A DNA stretch of 63,667 nt, the filler included, from Octopus bimaculoides (lineage: Eukaryota): assembly GCF_001194135.2 (NCBI RefSeq). It is 6 parts of 5 records of this genome, joined end to end, with 100 filler letters (N's around TTAATTAATTAA, not from the genome) between each part and the next. Parts side by side here need not be neighbours in the genome. Positions count along the whole stretch, not along the records: positions 35,954 to 44,588 come from NC_069002.1; positions 44,689 to 59,454 come from NC_069002.1; 4 more parts are not named here. The stretch is one strand, 5' to 3'. Below, piece after piece: positions 38,230-51,225 of the stretch (the stretch's first letter is position 1; every line of letters begins with the position of its first letter). Position numbers and translations under genes: made by a program. The notes beneath the pieces were generated by a model that worked only from the letters and a program-made list of their open reading frames with translations, was not told the origin of the DNA and ran no database searches.

Positions 38230-38452
38230 GGCGGCGAGCTGGCAGAAACGTTAGCACGCCGGGCGAAATACTCAGCGGTATTTCGTCTGCCGTTATGTTC
38301 TGAGTTCAAATTCCGCCGAGGTTGACTTTGCCTTTCATCCTTTCGGGGTCTATAAATTAAGTACTAGTTACGCACTGGGGTCGATGTAATCGACGTAATC
38401 CCTTTGTCTGTCTTTGTTTGTCCCCACTGTTTAGCTCCTTGTGGTCAATAAA
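38230..38452 (+). mobile_element. SINE family B with alternative tail (type 2)
   Basis: Standard head and core, then aatccctttgtctgtctttgtttgtccccactgtttagctccttgtggtcaataaagaa. Confidence 0.9.
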
Positions 38453-38474
38453 GAATTACCTGTAAAAGAGATTT

Positions 38475-38730
38475 CGACGGTATTTGAACTCAAAACGTAA
38501 AACTGAGAAATGCCACGAAGCATATTACCAGGTGTGCGAACGATTCTGCCAGATCGCCGACGGACACAGTCTGAAATTTTGTGGGAAGGAGCTAGCCGAT
38601 TACATCGATCCTTGTGCTCAACAAGTACTAAATTTATCGACTATAAAAGAATAAAAAGCAAAACCGACCCCAGCGTAAAACTGCGAAAAATGCTGCCAAG
38701 CAGTTTTATCCTCCAGCACATTGACTTCCG
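38475..38730 (-). mobile_element. two degenerate SINE family B fragments
   Basis: atttgaactcaaaacg...aacgattctgccagatcgcc; gattacatcgatcc...agtactaaatttatcgact. Confidence 0.65.
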
Positions 38731-38970
38731 TCTGTATTTTAATGACACAACTCAGTCATGAAAGATCGTTCTAGCATAAAGCTGATATAGATTCTATAAC
38801 CATTTCTTCAGATTCGTTCCATGAAATTAAGATTCCGATGATCATTACCGTTTGGTTGCAATTTTAATTAATAAACTAACTCTTGTTTTACGTATTAATT
38901 CTCTCCGTTAAACCAATTAATTCTCTAAAAATATCTCTGTAAATTAATATTTCAACATTTAACCGCTAAT

Positions 38971-39814
38971 TTAAATAACATTCAAGAATGACCTGTAAAA
39001 GAGACATTTTCTGCGGCAGGAGTCAATGACCCTATCAGCAATTCCCACCATTCTATATAATATTTTACTGGAGACGCAGAACCTAGGCGTTCGATATTTT
39101 CCATAGATCAAACGTTTCAGCTACCGTTTAAAAGAACAACCCACTTTTTTTTTCCAGTTTTCTTTCATTATATTTTTTCATAAATTTAAAAGAATTATAA
39201 CTTGATTAATAAACAATTGAAATTTATTTCAGTTTCAGAATTTTAAAAAGTGTAAACATAGGTGTAGCTGTGTGGTAAGAAGTTCGCTTCCCAACCACAT
39301 GGTTCCGAGCTTAGTTCCACTGCATGGCACCTTCTGGCAAGCGTCTTCTACTGTAGCCTTGTGGGCGTATTTGGTTGACAGAAACTAATAGAAGCCCGTC
39401 GTATGGGGTAGAATTAAGTTTTGGAATTTATTCCCTAATATTATGTATGTATATATANNNNNNNNNNGTGTATGTATATATGTATGTATGTATGTATATA
39501 TATTCGTGTCTTTGTGTTTGTGCCTCACTACCGCTTGTGAACTGGTGCTGTGTCCCCGTAAAAAAGTGCCAGGCTTTACTAACTGTACTAGGGTCGATTT
39601 GATCGAGTAAAATTCTTCAAGGTGGTGCTCCAGCATAGCCGCAGTCTAATAGGTGAAACAAGTAAAAGATGACTACAGAAAATTAATACAATTTTAAATA
39701 GACGTCTAACAAAAACTACAGATTGCAAAGAAGCATTGGTCTCCTGTTATTTAATCTAATGCGTATATCCAATTTGTATGTAGCTGATAAATAAATAAAT
39801 AAATATATATATAT

Positions 39815-39872
<58 letters not shown>

Positions 39873-39903
39873 NNNNNNNNNNNNNNNNNNNNNNNNNNNN
39901 NNN

Positions 39904-39963
<60 letters not shown>

Positions 39964-40251
39964 ATAATTTCTAATGTTTATTTTATGAATATCATTTATC
40001 TTAAACTAAAGTAAATCTCCACTATATATTAAGCAAATTATCATTTTGAAAATTCATTAAAAAAAATTATAAAATACTGATATGATCGTTTACGCTGGAG
40101 TTAAAATATTTGATCTATTATAAACGATCGGTCAACAAAGTTCTGCGTCTCCTGTAAAATATCATACACAATTGACAGTTTTACTGATCGAGTCATTGAC
40201 CCCTGCTGCGGAAAATATTATCTCTGTTATTAATACCCGAATGTCATTTAA
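38971..40251. repeat. diverged inverted repeat pair (38971-39112 and 40109-40251)
   Basis: Matching blocks ttaaataacattc, gcaggagtcaatgac, atattttactggagacgcagaac and atagatcaaa appear reverse-complemented in the second arm. Confidence 0.8.
39258..39670 (+). mobile_element. SINE family A, near full length, internal microsatellite with a 10-N gap
   Basis: ggtgtagctgtgtggtaagaag head, ggcaccttctggcaagcgtcttctactgtagcc CORE-like segment, 3' module ending gaaacaagtaaaagat. Confidence 0.85.
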
Positions 40252-40562
40252 ACTAACAATCAAGTTTTAAAATATCTATTCATAGAGACATATTTAAAAC
40301 GTCACGTCATATAACGCCGAGTATCATATGTAACAGAAATTATCGTCGGAAAAAGATCACGAAATTTTGAAATTTAAATTAAAATTGTAGAATGTAAATA
40401 TTATGGATGACAGATGCATTGTCTGAAACGTTGAGCGTTCTTTAACACTCAACATCGCGAAAGGACGTTTCCCAGAACGTTATCCCGCCTCCTTAGCGCG
40501 TATAAACGAAATACAGACATTATGGGCGTTGTCGATAATGTTTTATATTATTGGAATAGGTT

Positions 40563-41010
40563 AAGGCGGCGAGCTGGCAGAATCGTTAACACGCCGGACG
40601 AAATACTTAGCGACATCTCGTCCGTTTTTTATGTTCTGAGTTCAAATACCACCGAGGTCAACTTTGCCTTTCGTCCTTTCGGGGTCGATAAATTAAGTAC
40701 TAGTTGCTTACTGGGCTCAATGTAATCGACTAGTCCCCTCCCACCAAATTTCAGGCCTTGCACCTTTAGTAGAAACGATTATTATTATTATTAATCGTTA
40801 GCATGCCGGACGAAATGTTTGGCGGCGTTTCGTCCGTCTTTGCGTTCTGAGTTCAAATGCCGTCGAGGTCGACTTTGTTTTTCATCCTTTCGGGGTCGAT
40901 TAAATAAGTACCAGTTACGCACTGGGTTCAATATAATCGACTTAATCCTTTTGTCTGTCCGTGTTTGTCCCCTCTATGTTTATCCCCCTGCGGGCAATAA
41001 AGAAATAAAT
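40563..41010 (+). mobile_element. two tandem SINE family B copies with different tails
   Basis: 40563-40792 ends in tail type 1 (caaatttcaggccttg...gattattatt); 40793-41010 is 5'-truncated and ends in tail type 2 (aatccttttgtctgtcc...ggcaataaagaaataaa). Confidence 0.9.
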
Positions 41011-41044
41011 AATATATAATACATGTATGTGGTGGGGGTATGTG

Positions 41045-41215
41045 TGTCTGTGTGTGTATAATGGGCTTCTACAAAGCTTCCTTATACCAAATTTATTCGC
41101 ACACCACTGTAGTCGGTTTGGTGCTATAGCAGAAAGCACTTGACCAAATTACTGCGCAGTGGGACTGAACCCGGATCTTAGGGTTTGCAAAGCAAACATC
41201 TTAACCGCACAGCCA
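41045..41215 (-). mobile_element. SINE family A head/CORE module
   Basis: gggcttctacaaagcttcc...gctatagcagaaagcacttgaccaaattactgcgcagtgggactgaacccgg...cttaaccgcacagcca. Confidence 0.7.
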
Positions 41216-41665
41216 TCATACAAAGATTATTGATGCAGAACTTTTCCTCCATTTTTCACCCGCTAGTTAAGCTGGATATCGATAGTACTACCATTATACG
41301 GTTCTATTTCAATCTCTGCTACATGCCTTAAAATGTTTTAGATGAAACGAACTACGACATTAATAACTCAGCTAAGAGCTATTTAGGCAAGAACCAACAT
41401 GAAAATACTACAATTTTGAAATTAAATGTCCATTCGATTTGCAAATTATGTCCTAACATTCGTTTCTAATGCTGGAAATCCGTAATAAAATCTATCTGGA
41501 ATTAGAAAAGTTTAAATATGTAAACAGAAGAAATCGAAAAATTCACACACAACATAATAAAAAAAAAAAATGAGAAAAACGAAGTAATTTTTACGTATGA
41601 CAAACATTAACCAACGGACATCAGATTGAGTTTATGTTCAATTATATGGCGGAAGTAAGACTGAT

Positions 41666-41703
<38 letters not shown>

Positions 41704-42582
41704 ATACTTACATACATACATACATGCACACACACATGTATATATATATATATGTATGTATATATATATATATATATTATGTGTAATTTTCAAATTTAAT
41801 TATTTCCAAAATTAATTTATACGAGTCATATTGATCATTATATGTGTGTGTATGCGTGTGTGTGGGTTTGCTTATAGCATATTTACATTTATATATAAAT
41901 ATACATATATGGATATATATATGCATATGAATATGTATATATGGATATATAGATNNNNNNNNNNNNNNNNNNNNNNNNNNNNNNNNNNNNNNNNNNNNNN
42001 NNNNNNNNNNNNNNNNNNNNNNNNNNNNNNNNNNNNNNNNNNNNNNNNNNNNNNNNNNNNNNNNNNNNNNNNNNNNNNNNNNNNNNNNNNNNNNNNNNNN
42101 NNNNNNNNNNNNNNNNNNNNNNNNNNNNNNNNNNNNNNNNNNNNNNNNNNNNNNNNNNNNNNNNNNNNNNNNNNNNNNNNNNNNNNNNNNNNNNNNNNNN
42201 NNNNNNNNNNNNNNNNNNNNNNNNNNNNNNNNNNNNNNNNNNNNNNNNNNNNNNNNNNNNNNNNNNNNNNNNNNNNNNNNNNNNNNNNNNNNNNNNNNNN
42301 NNNNNNNNNNNNNNNNNNNNNNNNNNNNNNNNNNNNNNNNNNNNNNNNNNNNNNNNNNNNNNNNNNNNNNNNNNNNNNNNNNNNNNNNNNNNNNNNNNNN
42401 NNNNNNNNNNNNNNNNNNNNNNNNNNNNNNNNNNNNNNNNNNNNNNNNNNNNNNNNNNNNNNNAATTTTTACTCACCTGAAGAAAACGGTTCTTTTTTTC
42501 ATGATGTAATTGATTCGTTAAGCAATAAAAAAAGACGCGTCTGAAACAGCTGTAGTGAATCTCAATCCATTTCTTTGTATGT

Positions 42583-42621
<39 letters not shown>

Positions 42622-43389
42622 TATTCGTGATTTACTAGCATTTGTTTTTTGTTTTTTATTTTGGGCCATTCTCTAATACAATCTGCTACTTTTAGAAATA
42701 CATCTCGAGGTATTATATCGAGTAATTGTCTGTGATTGTATTCTATATTCAACTCCATGTAATAACAAAGCTTTAAGAAAGTCGGACGATATAATTGCAG
42801 GAGTGAATTCATTTCAAAATCAAATGTTTTGAAACGTCGCTTATAAACGGAGATATTTCCTCTTTGAGAGACTTTATGGAGAATGTAAATCTTCTCTCTG
42901 GAAATAATAAATGCAGGGAGATTCTTGAAGTAGTAACCAAATTAATGAGACGTCTGGGATTTTGGTAATCTTCAGCAATAAACCAGTTGGAGATGTAACA
43001 ATTTCATAACAATTTTGCAAAGAATCAAATATGTGCGACAGAAAAACATGGCCTACTAAGTTAGATGAAACAGAATTATTGACATTAATGAGACAATTAT
43101 GAACTATCCAAACAAAAACTGAACATTGAAATTCTAAATATATTTCAACAGAGATTTATTGAGAAGAAACGTGAAGTAAGATCTATTTCCAATAACAAAA
43201 CATTGAATATATACGAATACCACATAATATAAACATGAAAGACATATTTAGTGTTGACATCATTAGTCATTGACGATAGCTACGTCAGAAAGAAAATTGG
43301 TTAAATTATTTTGTAAATAGAAAGATTTAAAACTATATATTTTTGAGTGTTATTTTAAAAGTCACATATCATAGTTAAAATATTAGTAA

Positions 43390-43517
43390 TATTGGGTTGG
43401 TGCATAAGTATTGCGACTTTTTTCCAACTAATTTTATTCAACAAAAACGATAACAACATGTAACAAAAACAACTCTAAATGATTATTCCGAAGCATATTC
43501 ACCATCTACTTCAATGA
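43390..43517 (-). mobile_element. mariner 3' terminus with TIR
   Basis: ta|ttgggttggtgcataagt TIR; minus strand ends IEVDGEYASE*. Confidence 0.7.
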
Positions 43518-43522
43518 AATAT

Positions 43523-43882
43523 GGAGTAAAGATATTTGCCATCGTAACATGGCAGTCCTGGTATAGGACGAATGTTGCTGTAATTTAGTCCCAGGAGACA
43601 TCGTCTCCAGCTGGCTATACGACACGATCTGTGTCCTTATATTTTCGAACAAGGGAATCTAGCACCGCCACTTTTTGAAGAGAAATAACCCGGAAATCGA
43701 GATACACAGATATTGTTTTGAGCTGAGTGGGGGTGCTACATTCCCTTGTTCGAAAATATATGGACACAGATCGTGTCGTATAGCCAGCTGGAGACGATGT
43801 CTCCTGGGGCAACATTCATCCTACAGCAACATTCATCCTAAACCAGGACTTCCATGTTATGTTGGCAAACAGTCTTTACTCC
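43523..43882. mobile_element. Penelope-derived foldback (inverted terminal-repeat pair), arms ~150 bp, 53-bp spacer holding a decayed hammerhead
   Basis: 43523-43672 pairs with 43726-43882; arms homologous to 17540-17630; spacer ttgaagagaaataacccggaaatcgag homologous to the 17660-17704 hammerhead. Confidence 0.85.
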
Positions 43883-44512
43883 AAAGTACTGTTGCTGAAT
43901 ATCTCTCGTTGTGAGATTTAAAAATAGTAATTTTCTAATTGATGAAATATATAGATCAATATAAAACCCCAATTGTTTTTATTATTTGTTTTATTCTAAT
44001 CGAATATATATTTTATGTTTTTCTTATTATCGGTATATTACGTTTTACTTGATTTTCATTTCTATTTTTTATTTTATCAATCTTTATTCTTTTATTCTTA
44101 TATACTTTATTTCATTATTTATATGAGAAACATTGTTTTATTCTATCTCAGTTCAGTAATGGCGACAGAATGCTTCAATAACTAAAATGCATTGTTATAG
44201 AAATAAACAAACTGGTAAGTAAAAAAACAAAAAAAAAAACAAAAACAAAACGGGGTACTTATTGCAAAAACCACCCGAGGAGACGCATCATCTCCACCTA
44301 TGATGAATGATAATTGATTGTATGGCATCTCACCTGTAAGGTAAGGGCTGCTTGATGAGTTGGAACGATGGTAGTGGTCTTGCGTAAAGAGTCTCGTGAA
44401 TTCCATTTTCTGTTTCTCATATGTTTGTATAAGTATATACGTAGGAATATATATATATATGTATAAATATGTGTGTGTGTGTGTGTGTGTGTAAAAATAT
44501 ACGTCTGAACAG

Positions 44513-44560
<48 letters not shown>

Positions 44561-44688
44561 TATGTGTACATATATATATATATATGTGNNNNNNNNNNNN
44601 NNNNNNNNNNNNNNNNNNNNNNNNNNNNNNNNTTAATTAATTAANNNNNNNNNNNNNNNNNNNNNNNNNNNNNNNNNNNNNNNNNNNN

Positions 44689-45130
44689 AGTTTCAATCTC
44701 CTTCTGGTTTTCGATAGTTACGTCCCCGAAATGATTCTGTAAACTACGAAAAAAATGGCAGTCTGAAGGAGCAAGGATGTGAGAATAAGGTGGATGAGGA
44801 ATTTTTTCCCAACCAAGCTCTCTTCGATCTTCTGTGATGTGATCTTTGCAATGTGGGGTCGCACATTGTCCTGATGAAACATCACTCCTTTTTGATTCAC
44901 TAAAGCTGGTCTATTTTCTTCAATGCTTGGTTCAAACGCTCTAACTGCTGACAGTAGACTTGAGCATTGATTGTTGCATTAGGTGGTAACAATTCAAAGT
45001 GAATTACTCCTTTGCAATCCAACCAGATAGAGAGAACCATTTTTCCATGAAGTTCTTCTTGGTTGTGGTTGAGCTTTTTCCCTTTTACCAAGCCATTGTT
45101 TACGACGTTTAACATTATCCTTTTGCTTAT
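44689..45130 (-). pseudogene. mariner transposase catalytic-domain fragment
   Basis: KMVLSIWLDCKGVIHFELLPPNATINAQVYCQQLERL; GVMFHQDNVRPHIAKITSQKIEE; frameshifted, truncated by a gap. Confidence 0.9.
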
Positions 45131-45954
45131 TTGGATTTTATAATTATATATATCTATCTCTTTTTCTTTTTTCAAAGGTAGCTCATTATTAGAGTGTAAG
45201 GGGAAGTGAGAGAGAGAGATATATATAGAGAGAAGACTGCAGATTTAAAGAAGTGGGAGTTAAAGTAAACATGCAAGTGAAAGAGGCAAAATTTGAGATG
45301 ATGAATATGGTATGGAGATGACAGGATGGGGACAATATGAAGTGGACCAAAGCTTGTGATGTCACTGCCTCTTTAGTTATCCCATTCTCTTCTTTCCTTT
45401 CTCTTTAAAGTATGTTTGAAGTGTATCGTTGTAGACAAACTTGAAAGTTTGATACACAAATGATACGATCTTCAATGTATATATGCATATAAATTTACGT
45501 ACACCAGCATGTTTGTGTATGTAGATATATTTCATGTTTCTCTATGAATTCCCTACCAACTTCTTGCTTTCAAAATAACTGAAATTTTCATGGGTATTGC
45601 TAATATAGATATAAATATTAATACATATTTATGCGTGTGTGTGTGTGTGTGTTTGTGTGCATATATATATATACATACATACTAATATATATATATATAT
45701 ATATCTATATGTGTATATGTACATATGTATCCACATGTATGTGTCTATTCATATATCCATACATATATTTATGTGTCTACACACACACACACACATAAAA
45801 TAAATTATGCATGGCTAGTTGCAAGGCATCACATCATTTATAGGATATTTATACAGAAGTGAGAACAAAAATATATAAATACAGCAGGAAAGAAGGAAAG
45901 TGCTGAAGATATTAATTCTTGCTGCTACAAACATTATCTTCTGATGATGTCCGA

Positions 45955-46325
45955 AGTCATGCATACTGTGCTATCTCATTCCGAGTTCAGTCCCATTGCG
46001 TGGCACCTTGGGCAAGTGTCTCCTACTATAGCCTCGGGCCGACCAAAGCGTTGTGAGTGGATTTGGTAGACAGAAACTGAAAGAAGCCCATCATATATGT
46101 ATATTTATGTATATGTTTGTGTGTCTATGTTTGTCCCCCCAGCATCGCTTGACAACCGATGCTGGTGTGTTTACGTCCCCGTAACTTATAGGTTCGGCAA
46201 GACAGACCGATAGATTAAGCACTAGGCTTACAAAGAATAAGTCCTGGGGTTGATTTGCTCGACTAAAGGCGGTGCTCCAGCATGGCTGGAGTCAAATGAC
46301 TGAAACCAGTAAAAGAATAAAAGAA
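45955..46325 (+). mobile_element. SINE family A, near full length with short internal microsatellite
   Basis: agttcagtcccattgcgtggcaccttgggcaagtgtctcctactatagcctcgggccgacc (CORE-like) ...gaaactgaaagaagccc, TA/TG linker, then the 3' module. Confidence 0.92.
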
Positions 46326-46827
46326 TATATACAAACATGCATATATANNNNNNNNNNNNNNNNNNNNNNNNNNNNNNNNNNNNNNNNNNNNNNNNNNNNN
46401 NNNNNNNNNNNNNNNNNNNNNNNNNNNNNNNNNNNNNNNNNNNNNNNNNNNNNNNNNNNNNNNNNNNNNNNNNNNNNNNNNNNNNNNNNNNNNNNNNNNN
46501 NNNNNNNNNNNNNNNNNNNNNNNNNNNNNNNNNNNNNNNNNNNNNNNNNNNNNNNNNNNNNNNNNNNNNNNNNNNNNNNNNNNNNNNNNNNNNNNNNNNN
46601 NNNNNNNNNNNNNNNNNNNNNNNNNNNNNNNNNNNNNNNNNNNNNNNNNNNNNNNNNNNNNNNNNNNNNNNNNNNNNNNNNNNNNNNNNNNNNNNNNNNN
46701 NNNNNNNNNNNNNNNNNNNNNNNNNNNNNNNNNNNNNNNNNNNNNNNNNNNNNNNNNNNNNNNNNNNNNNNNNNNNNNNNNNNNNNNNNNNNNNNNNNNN
46801 NNNNNNNNNNNNNNNNNNNNNNNNNNN

Positions 46828-46902
<75 letters not shown>

Positions 46903-47925
46903 AACACACACATATGTATGATACTTTTATTGACCTCAGTTTGATCCTGCCTGACTGAACTCCCTCCTCTCTTGGACACTCATCTCTTGTCCAGCTTTCT
47001 TTTTTGGGAACTTTGGTGCCTCTCTCAAACCACTTTATCACCACTCCGCCTGGATTTACCACTGGAATTTTACACTTCTGAAACTCTACCTTCATGGATC
47101 TTACTGTACACTGTTATTGGTTTATACTATAAATCATTTGATTGTCTCATTTATCACACAGTAATTGCATTTGTGTCTTCTCTTGAAAGTAGACAGAATC
47201 CATGGAAGACAACAGAGTTGGCATAAACTACCTCACTATGTACATAGTATACAGAACAATATATGTATATATATATATATATAAATATGATGTGTAATAT
47301 TCCATTAATAGTGAGATGTAAATGGAACAGTAAAATGAGCCAAGTTTTGAGAGTTTCTTATGTTTTGCAATAAACAAAACACTCAGTAAGTGAACCACAT
47401 TTGCTGTAGAACTATAGCAAAATTATAAAGAAATAATATATCCTCTTCTTTTGTATATTAAGTTATATATCTCCTGGTTGCACCTCCAAATCTTTAATCC
47501 TTTAATCACACACATAGACATAGATACATATTATATACAAACATACATACATATACATACACACACACACATATGAATATTTGCCATCAAACTGATGACA
47601 GCAAGACAGCGGTACTTCAAAGACATTGTGCCATCTTTTTCTTTGTGAAGATAATATATACATGTGGTAAGCTCCTGATAAGAACTTGAGTGATGCATTA
47701 ATTTATTGTTCAACTGTTTTATATATGACTTTACATAAACATACATTCCCACACACACACATATATATATTAAATGTATATATAAATTTATGTAAATATG
47801 TATGCATATATATTTGTATACACGAAAATAGGTATATATATATATATCTATATGTATACATACACACATATATATATGCTTATGTACACACATAAGTGTA
47901 TATATTTTCATGTGATTAAATGAGT

Positions 47926-47958
<33 letters not shown>

Positions 47959-48023
47959 TATGTGTGTGTGTGTGTGTGTATACATATATATGTATATATA
48001 TATATAGATAAATTCATATATGT

Positions 48024-48062
<39 letters not shown>

Positions 48063-49141
48063 CATACACANNNNNNNNNNNNNNNNNNNNNNNNNNNNNN
48101 NNNNNNNNNNNNNNNNNNNNNNNNNNNNNNNNNNNNNNNNNNNNNNNNNNNNNNNNNNNNNNNNNNNNNNNNNNNNNNNNNNNNNNNNNNNNNNNNNNNN
48201 NNNNNNNNNNNNNNNNNNNNNNNNNNNNNNNNNNNNNNNNNNNNNNNNNNNNNNNNNNNNNNNNNNNNNNNNNNNNNNNNNNNNNNNNNNNNNNNNNNNN
48301 NNNNNNNNNNNNNNNNNNNNNNNNNNNNNNNNNNNNNNNNNNNNNNNNNNNNNNNNNNNNNNNNNNNNNNNNNNNNNNNNNNNNNNNNNNNNNNNNNNNN
48401 NNNNNNNNNNNNNNNNNNNNNNNNNNNNNNNNNNNNNNNNNNNNNNNNNNNNNNNNNNNNNNNNNNNNNNNNNNNNNNNNNNNNNNNNNNNNNNNNNNNN
48501 NNNNNNNNNNNNNNNNNNNNNNNNNNNNNNNNNNNNNNNNNNNNNNNNNNNNNNNNNNNNNNNNNNNNNNNNNNNNNNNNNNNNNNNNNNNNNNNNNNNN
48601 NNNNNNNNNNNNNNNNNNNNNNNNNNNNNNNNNNNNNNNNNNNNNNNNNNNNNNNNNNNNNNNNNNNNNNNNNNNNNNNNNNNNNNNNNNNNNNNNNNNN
48701 NNNNNNNNNNNNNNNNNNNNNNNNNNNNNNNNNNNNNNNNNNNNNNNNNNNNNNNNNNNNNNNNNNNNNNNNNNNNNNNNNNNNNNNNNNNNNNNNNNNN
48801 NNNNNNNNNNNNNNNNNNNNNNNNNNNNNNNNNNNNNNNNNNNNNNNNNNNNNNNNNNNNNNNNNNNNNNNNNNNNNNNNNNNNNNNNNNNNNNNNNNNN
48901 NNNNNNNNNNNNNNNNNNNNNNNNNNNNNNNNNNNNNNNNNNNNNNNNNNNNNNNNNNNNNNNNNNNNNNNNNNNNNNNNNNNNNNNNNNNNNNNNNNNN
49001 NNNNNNNNNNNNNNNNNNNNNNNNNNNNNNNNNNNNNNATATATATATATATATATATATATTTTACATATTTATATGTATATACATATATATGTATGTA
49101 TATATTCATATATTTATATATTCATATATATGTATATATTC

Positions 49142-49239
<98 letters not shown>

Positions 49240-49514
49240 ATGTGCACACATATGTTTATTTGTTAACAATGAAGTGTCAGCTTCAATGATGTAACAATAC
49301 ATTATATTTATGTAGGATGTGAAAGAAAAAGAAAATGAAAAAGAAAAAAACGTGCTAAGTATCTGACCATTTGCATATTTTAATATCTTCATAGTAACTT
49401 TATTACTTCATAGGATAACACTTCATAACATTCATATCATAAGGATATTAATAAGCTGTATCCAAACACCTAAAACGCAAATATATCTAACCTTTGTTAT
49501 AGCTATCAAGGATT

Positions 49515-49737
49515 TACAAGCATGGGATATCTTTTACCTGGCCATTCTGGGGCACAGCCTTGAAGAATTTTTAGTTGAATGAATTGACCCCCACCATACT
49601 TTTATTTCTATACCTGGGTACTTATTCTATTGGTTCCCTTTACCGAACTGCTAAGTTACAGGGACGTAAATAAACCAACATCGGTTATCAAGTGGTGGGT
49701 GGAGATAAACACAGACACACACACATAGATAAATGTG

Positions 49738-49799
<62 letters not shown>

Positions 49800-49890
49800 T
49801 ATAAATATATATATATATATATAAATATAAATGTACATGGGCTTCTTTCAGTTTCTGTCTACCAAATCTACTCTCAAGGTTTTGGCTGAT
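49515..49890 (-). mobile_element. SINE family A, degenerate
   Basis: 3' module at 49515-49720, (TA)n, then gggcttctttcagtttctgtctaccaaatc. Confidence 0.75.
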
Positions 49891-50189
49891 GCAATCCTAG
49901 AGTAGTTATCATTATCATCATTGTCATTATGGTTTTAACACTAACTTTTCCATGCTTTCATGAGTTAAATGAAATTCATTGAGGCAGATTTTCTACAAGT
50001 GGATGCTCTCCCCATCACTAACCCTCAACTGTTTTCAAGTTAGGTTAATATTTTCCCCATTGCGAGACGTGCTTTCAGAAAAGATTTGAAACAAAGAACA
50101 TTACTTGTGATGGTGAAACTCATTCAGAACCATTGCTTAATGTCAAAAGCAAGGAGACACAAATACCCTCTACTCTTCTCTTTTCCCCC

Positions 50190-50224
<35 letters not shown>

Positions 50225-50228
<4 letters not shown>

Positions 50229-50370
50229 TAAGCTCCTTTCACTTTCCGGTTACCAAATCTTCTCAGAAGGCTTTGGTCTGCCTGGGGCTATAATAGAAAA
50301 CACTTGCCAAAAGTGCTATGTAGTTGGACTGAACCTGAAACCTGGAGGCTGGTAAACAAACTTAACTACA
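50225..50370 (-). mobile_element. SINE family A head/CORE module
   Basis: ggctttggtctgcctggggctataatagaaaacacttgccaaaagtgc...gactgaacctgaaacc. Confidence 0.7.
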
Positions 50371-50919
50371 GGGCAATGATTTCACTCGAGTTTAAAACTT
50401 CCATCCTATTCAGGCTTATAAAGGTTACCCATCACTCATCTACCAATAACAGAAGCCCTATCCTTATATGAGCCAATTTTTGTGTCTCTTTTCATACTAC
50501 GTACAATTGTTTTGTTACAGTCAATAATTGAGCTGCAAACGAAAGTCATGCTAAATTAAAACATAACTGGTTAAATACAGAAATTATATTAAACTATATT
50601 TAACTATTACAAAAAAAAATAAATAAATAAAAACTTACAAACAAATAATTTGCAAATATTTCATATTTCCAAAACCCATCCCATGTGAGTTAACATTGAA
50701 ATTGAATATAAAATGTGAAAAACTAAAATTAAATTCAATAAATTGATGGAATTTTCAAATTATGCTGATATTTCAACATCCAGAAGGAGTGATATTACTT
50801 CAAATTCTGTTTCTAAATCAGATATTTTAATAGTTTGCAAATGTGAGTAACAAGTTCATTTTCCAAGTGTGGGTAACAAGTTTATTATCACCAGCTGAAG
50901 TATTGTACCAAGGAATGCA

Positions 50920-51172
50920 ACATGTCCTGGGGTTGATTTGCTCGACTAAAGGCTGTACTCCAGCATGGCTGCAGTCAAATGAATGAAATAAGTAAAAGAA
51001 TAAATGAATATATGATGGGCTTCTTTCAGTTTCCATCTACCAAATCCGCTCACAAGGCTTTGATCAGCCTGAGGTTATAACTGAGGATGGTTGCTCAAGT
51101 GTCATGCAGTGGTACAGAACCTGGAACCATGTGGTTAGGAAGCAAGCTTCTTATCACACAGCCATGCCTGCA
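50920..51172. mobile_element. SINE family A: 3' module end on plus (50920-51005) abutting a head module on minus (51015-51172)
   Basis: gtcctggggttgatttgctcgactaaagg...gaaataagtaaaagaat, then gggcttctttcagtttccatctacc...tatcacacagccatgcctgcacc. Confidence 0.8.
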
Positions 51173-51173
51173 C

Positions 51174-51225
51174 CACTGTGCACTGTGCACTGTGCACTGT
51201 GCACTGTGCACTGTGCACTGTGCAC
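51174..51225. repeat. (CACTGTG)7 heptamer tandem repeat
   Basis: Seven perfect copies plus CAC. Confidence 0.97.

Noticed and set aside
38458-39004. 14-mer acctgtaaaagaga repeated at 38458 and 38991 as a TSD
   Set aside because: The enclosed sequence is a mix of SINE fragments and the second copy lies inside another repeat arm; probably coincidental.
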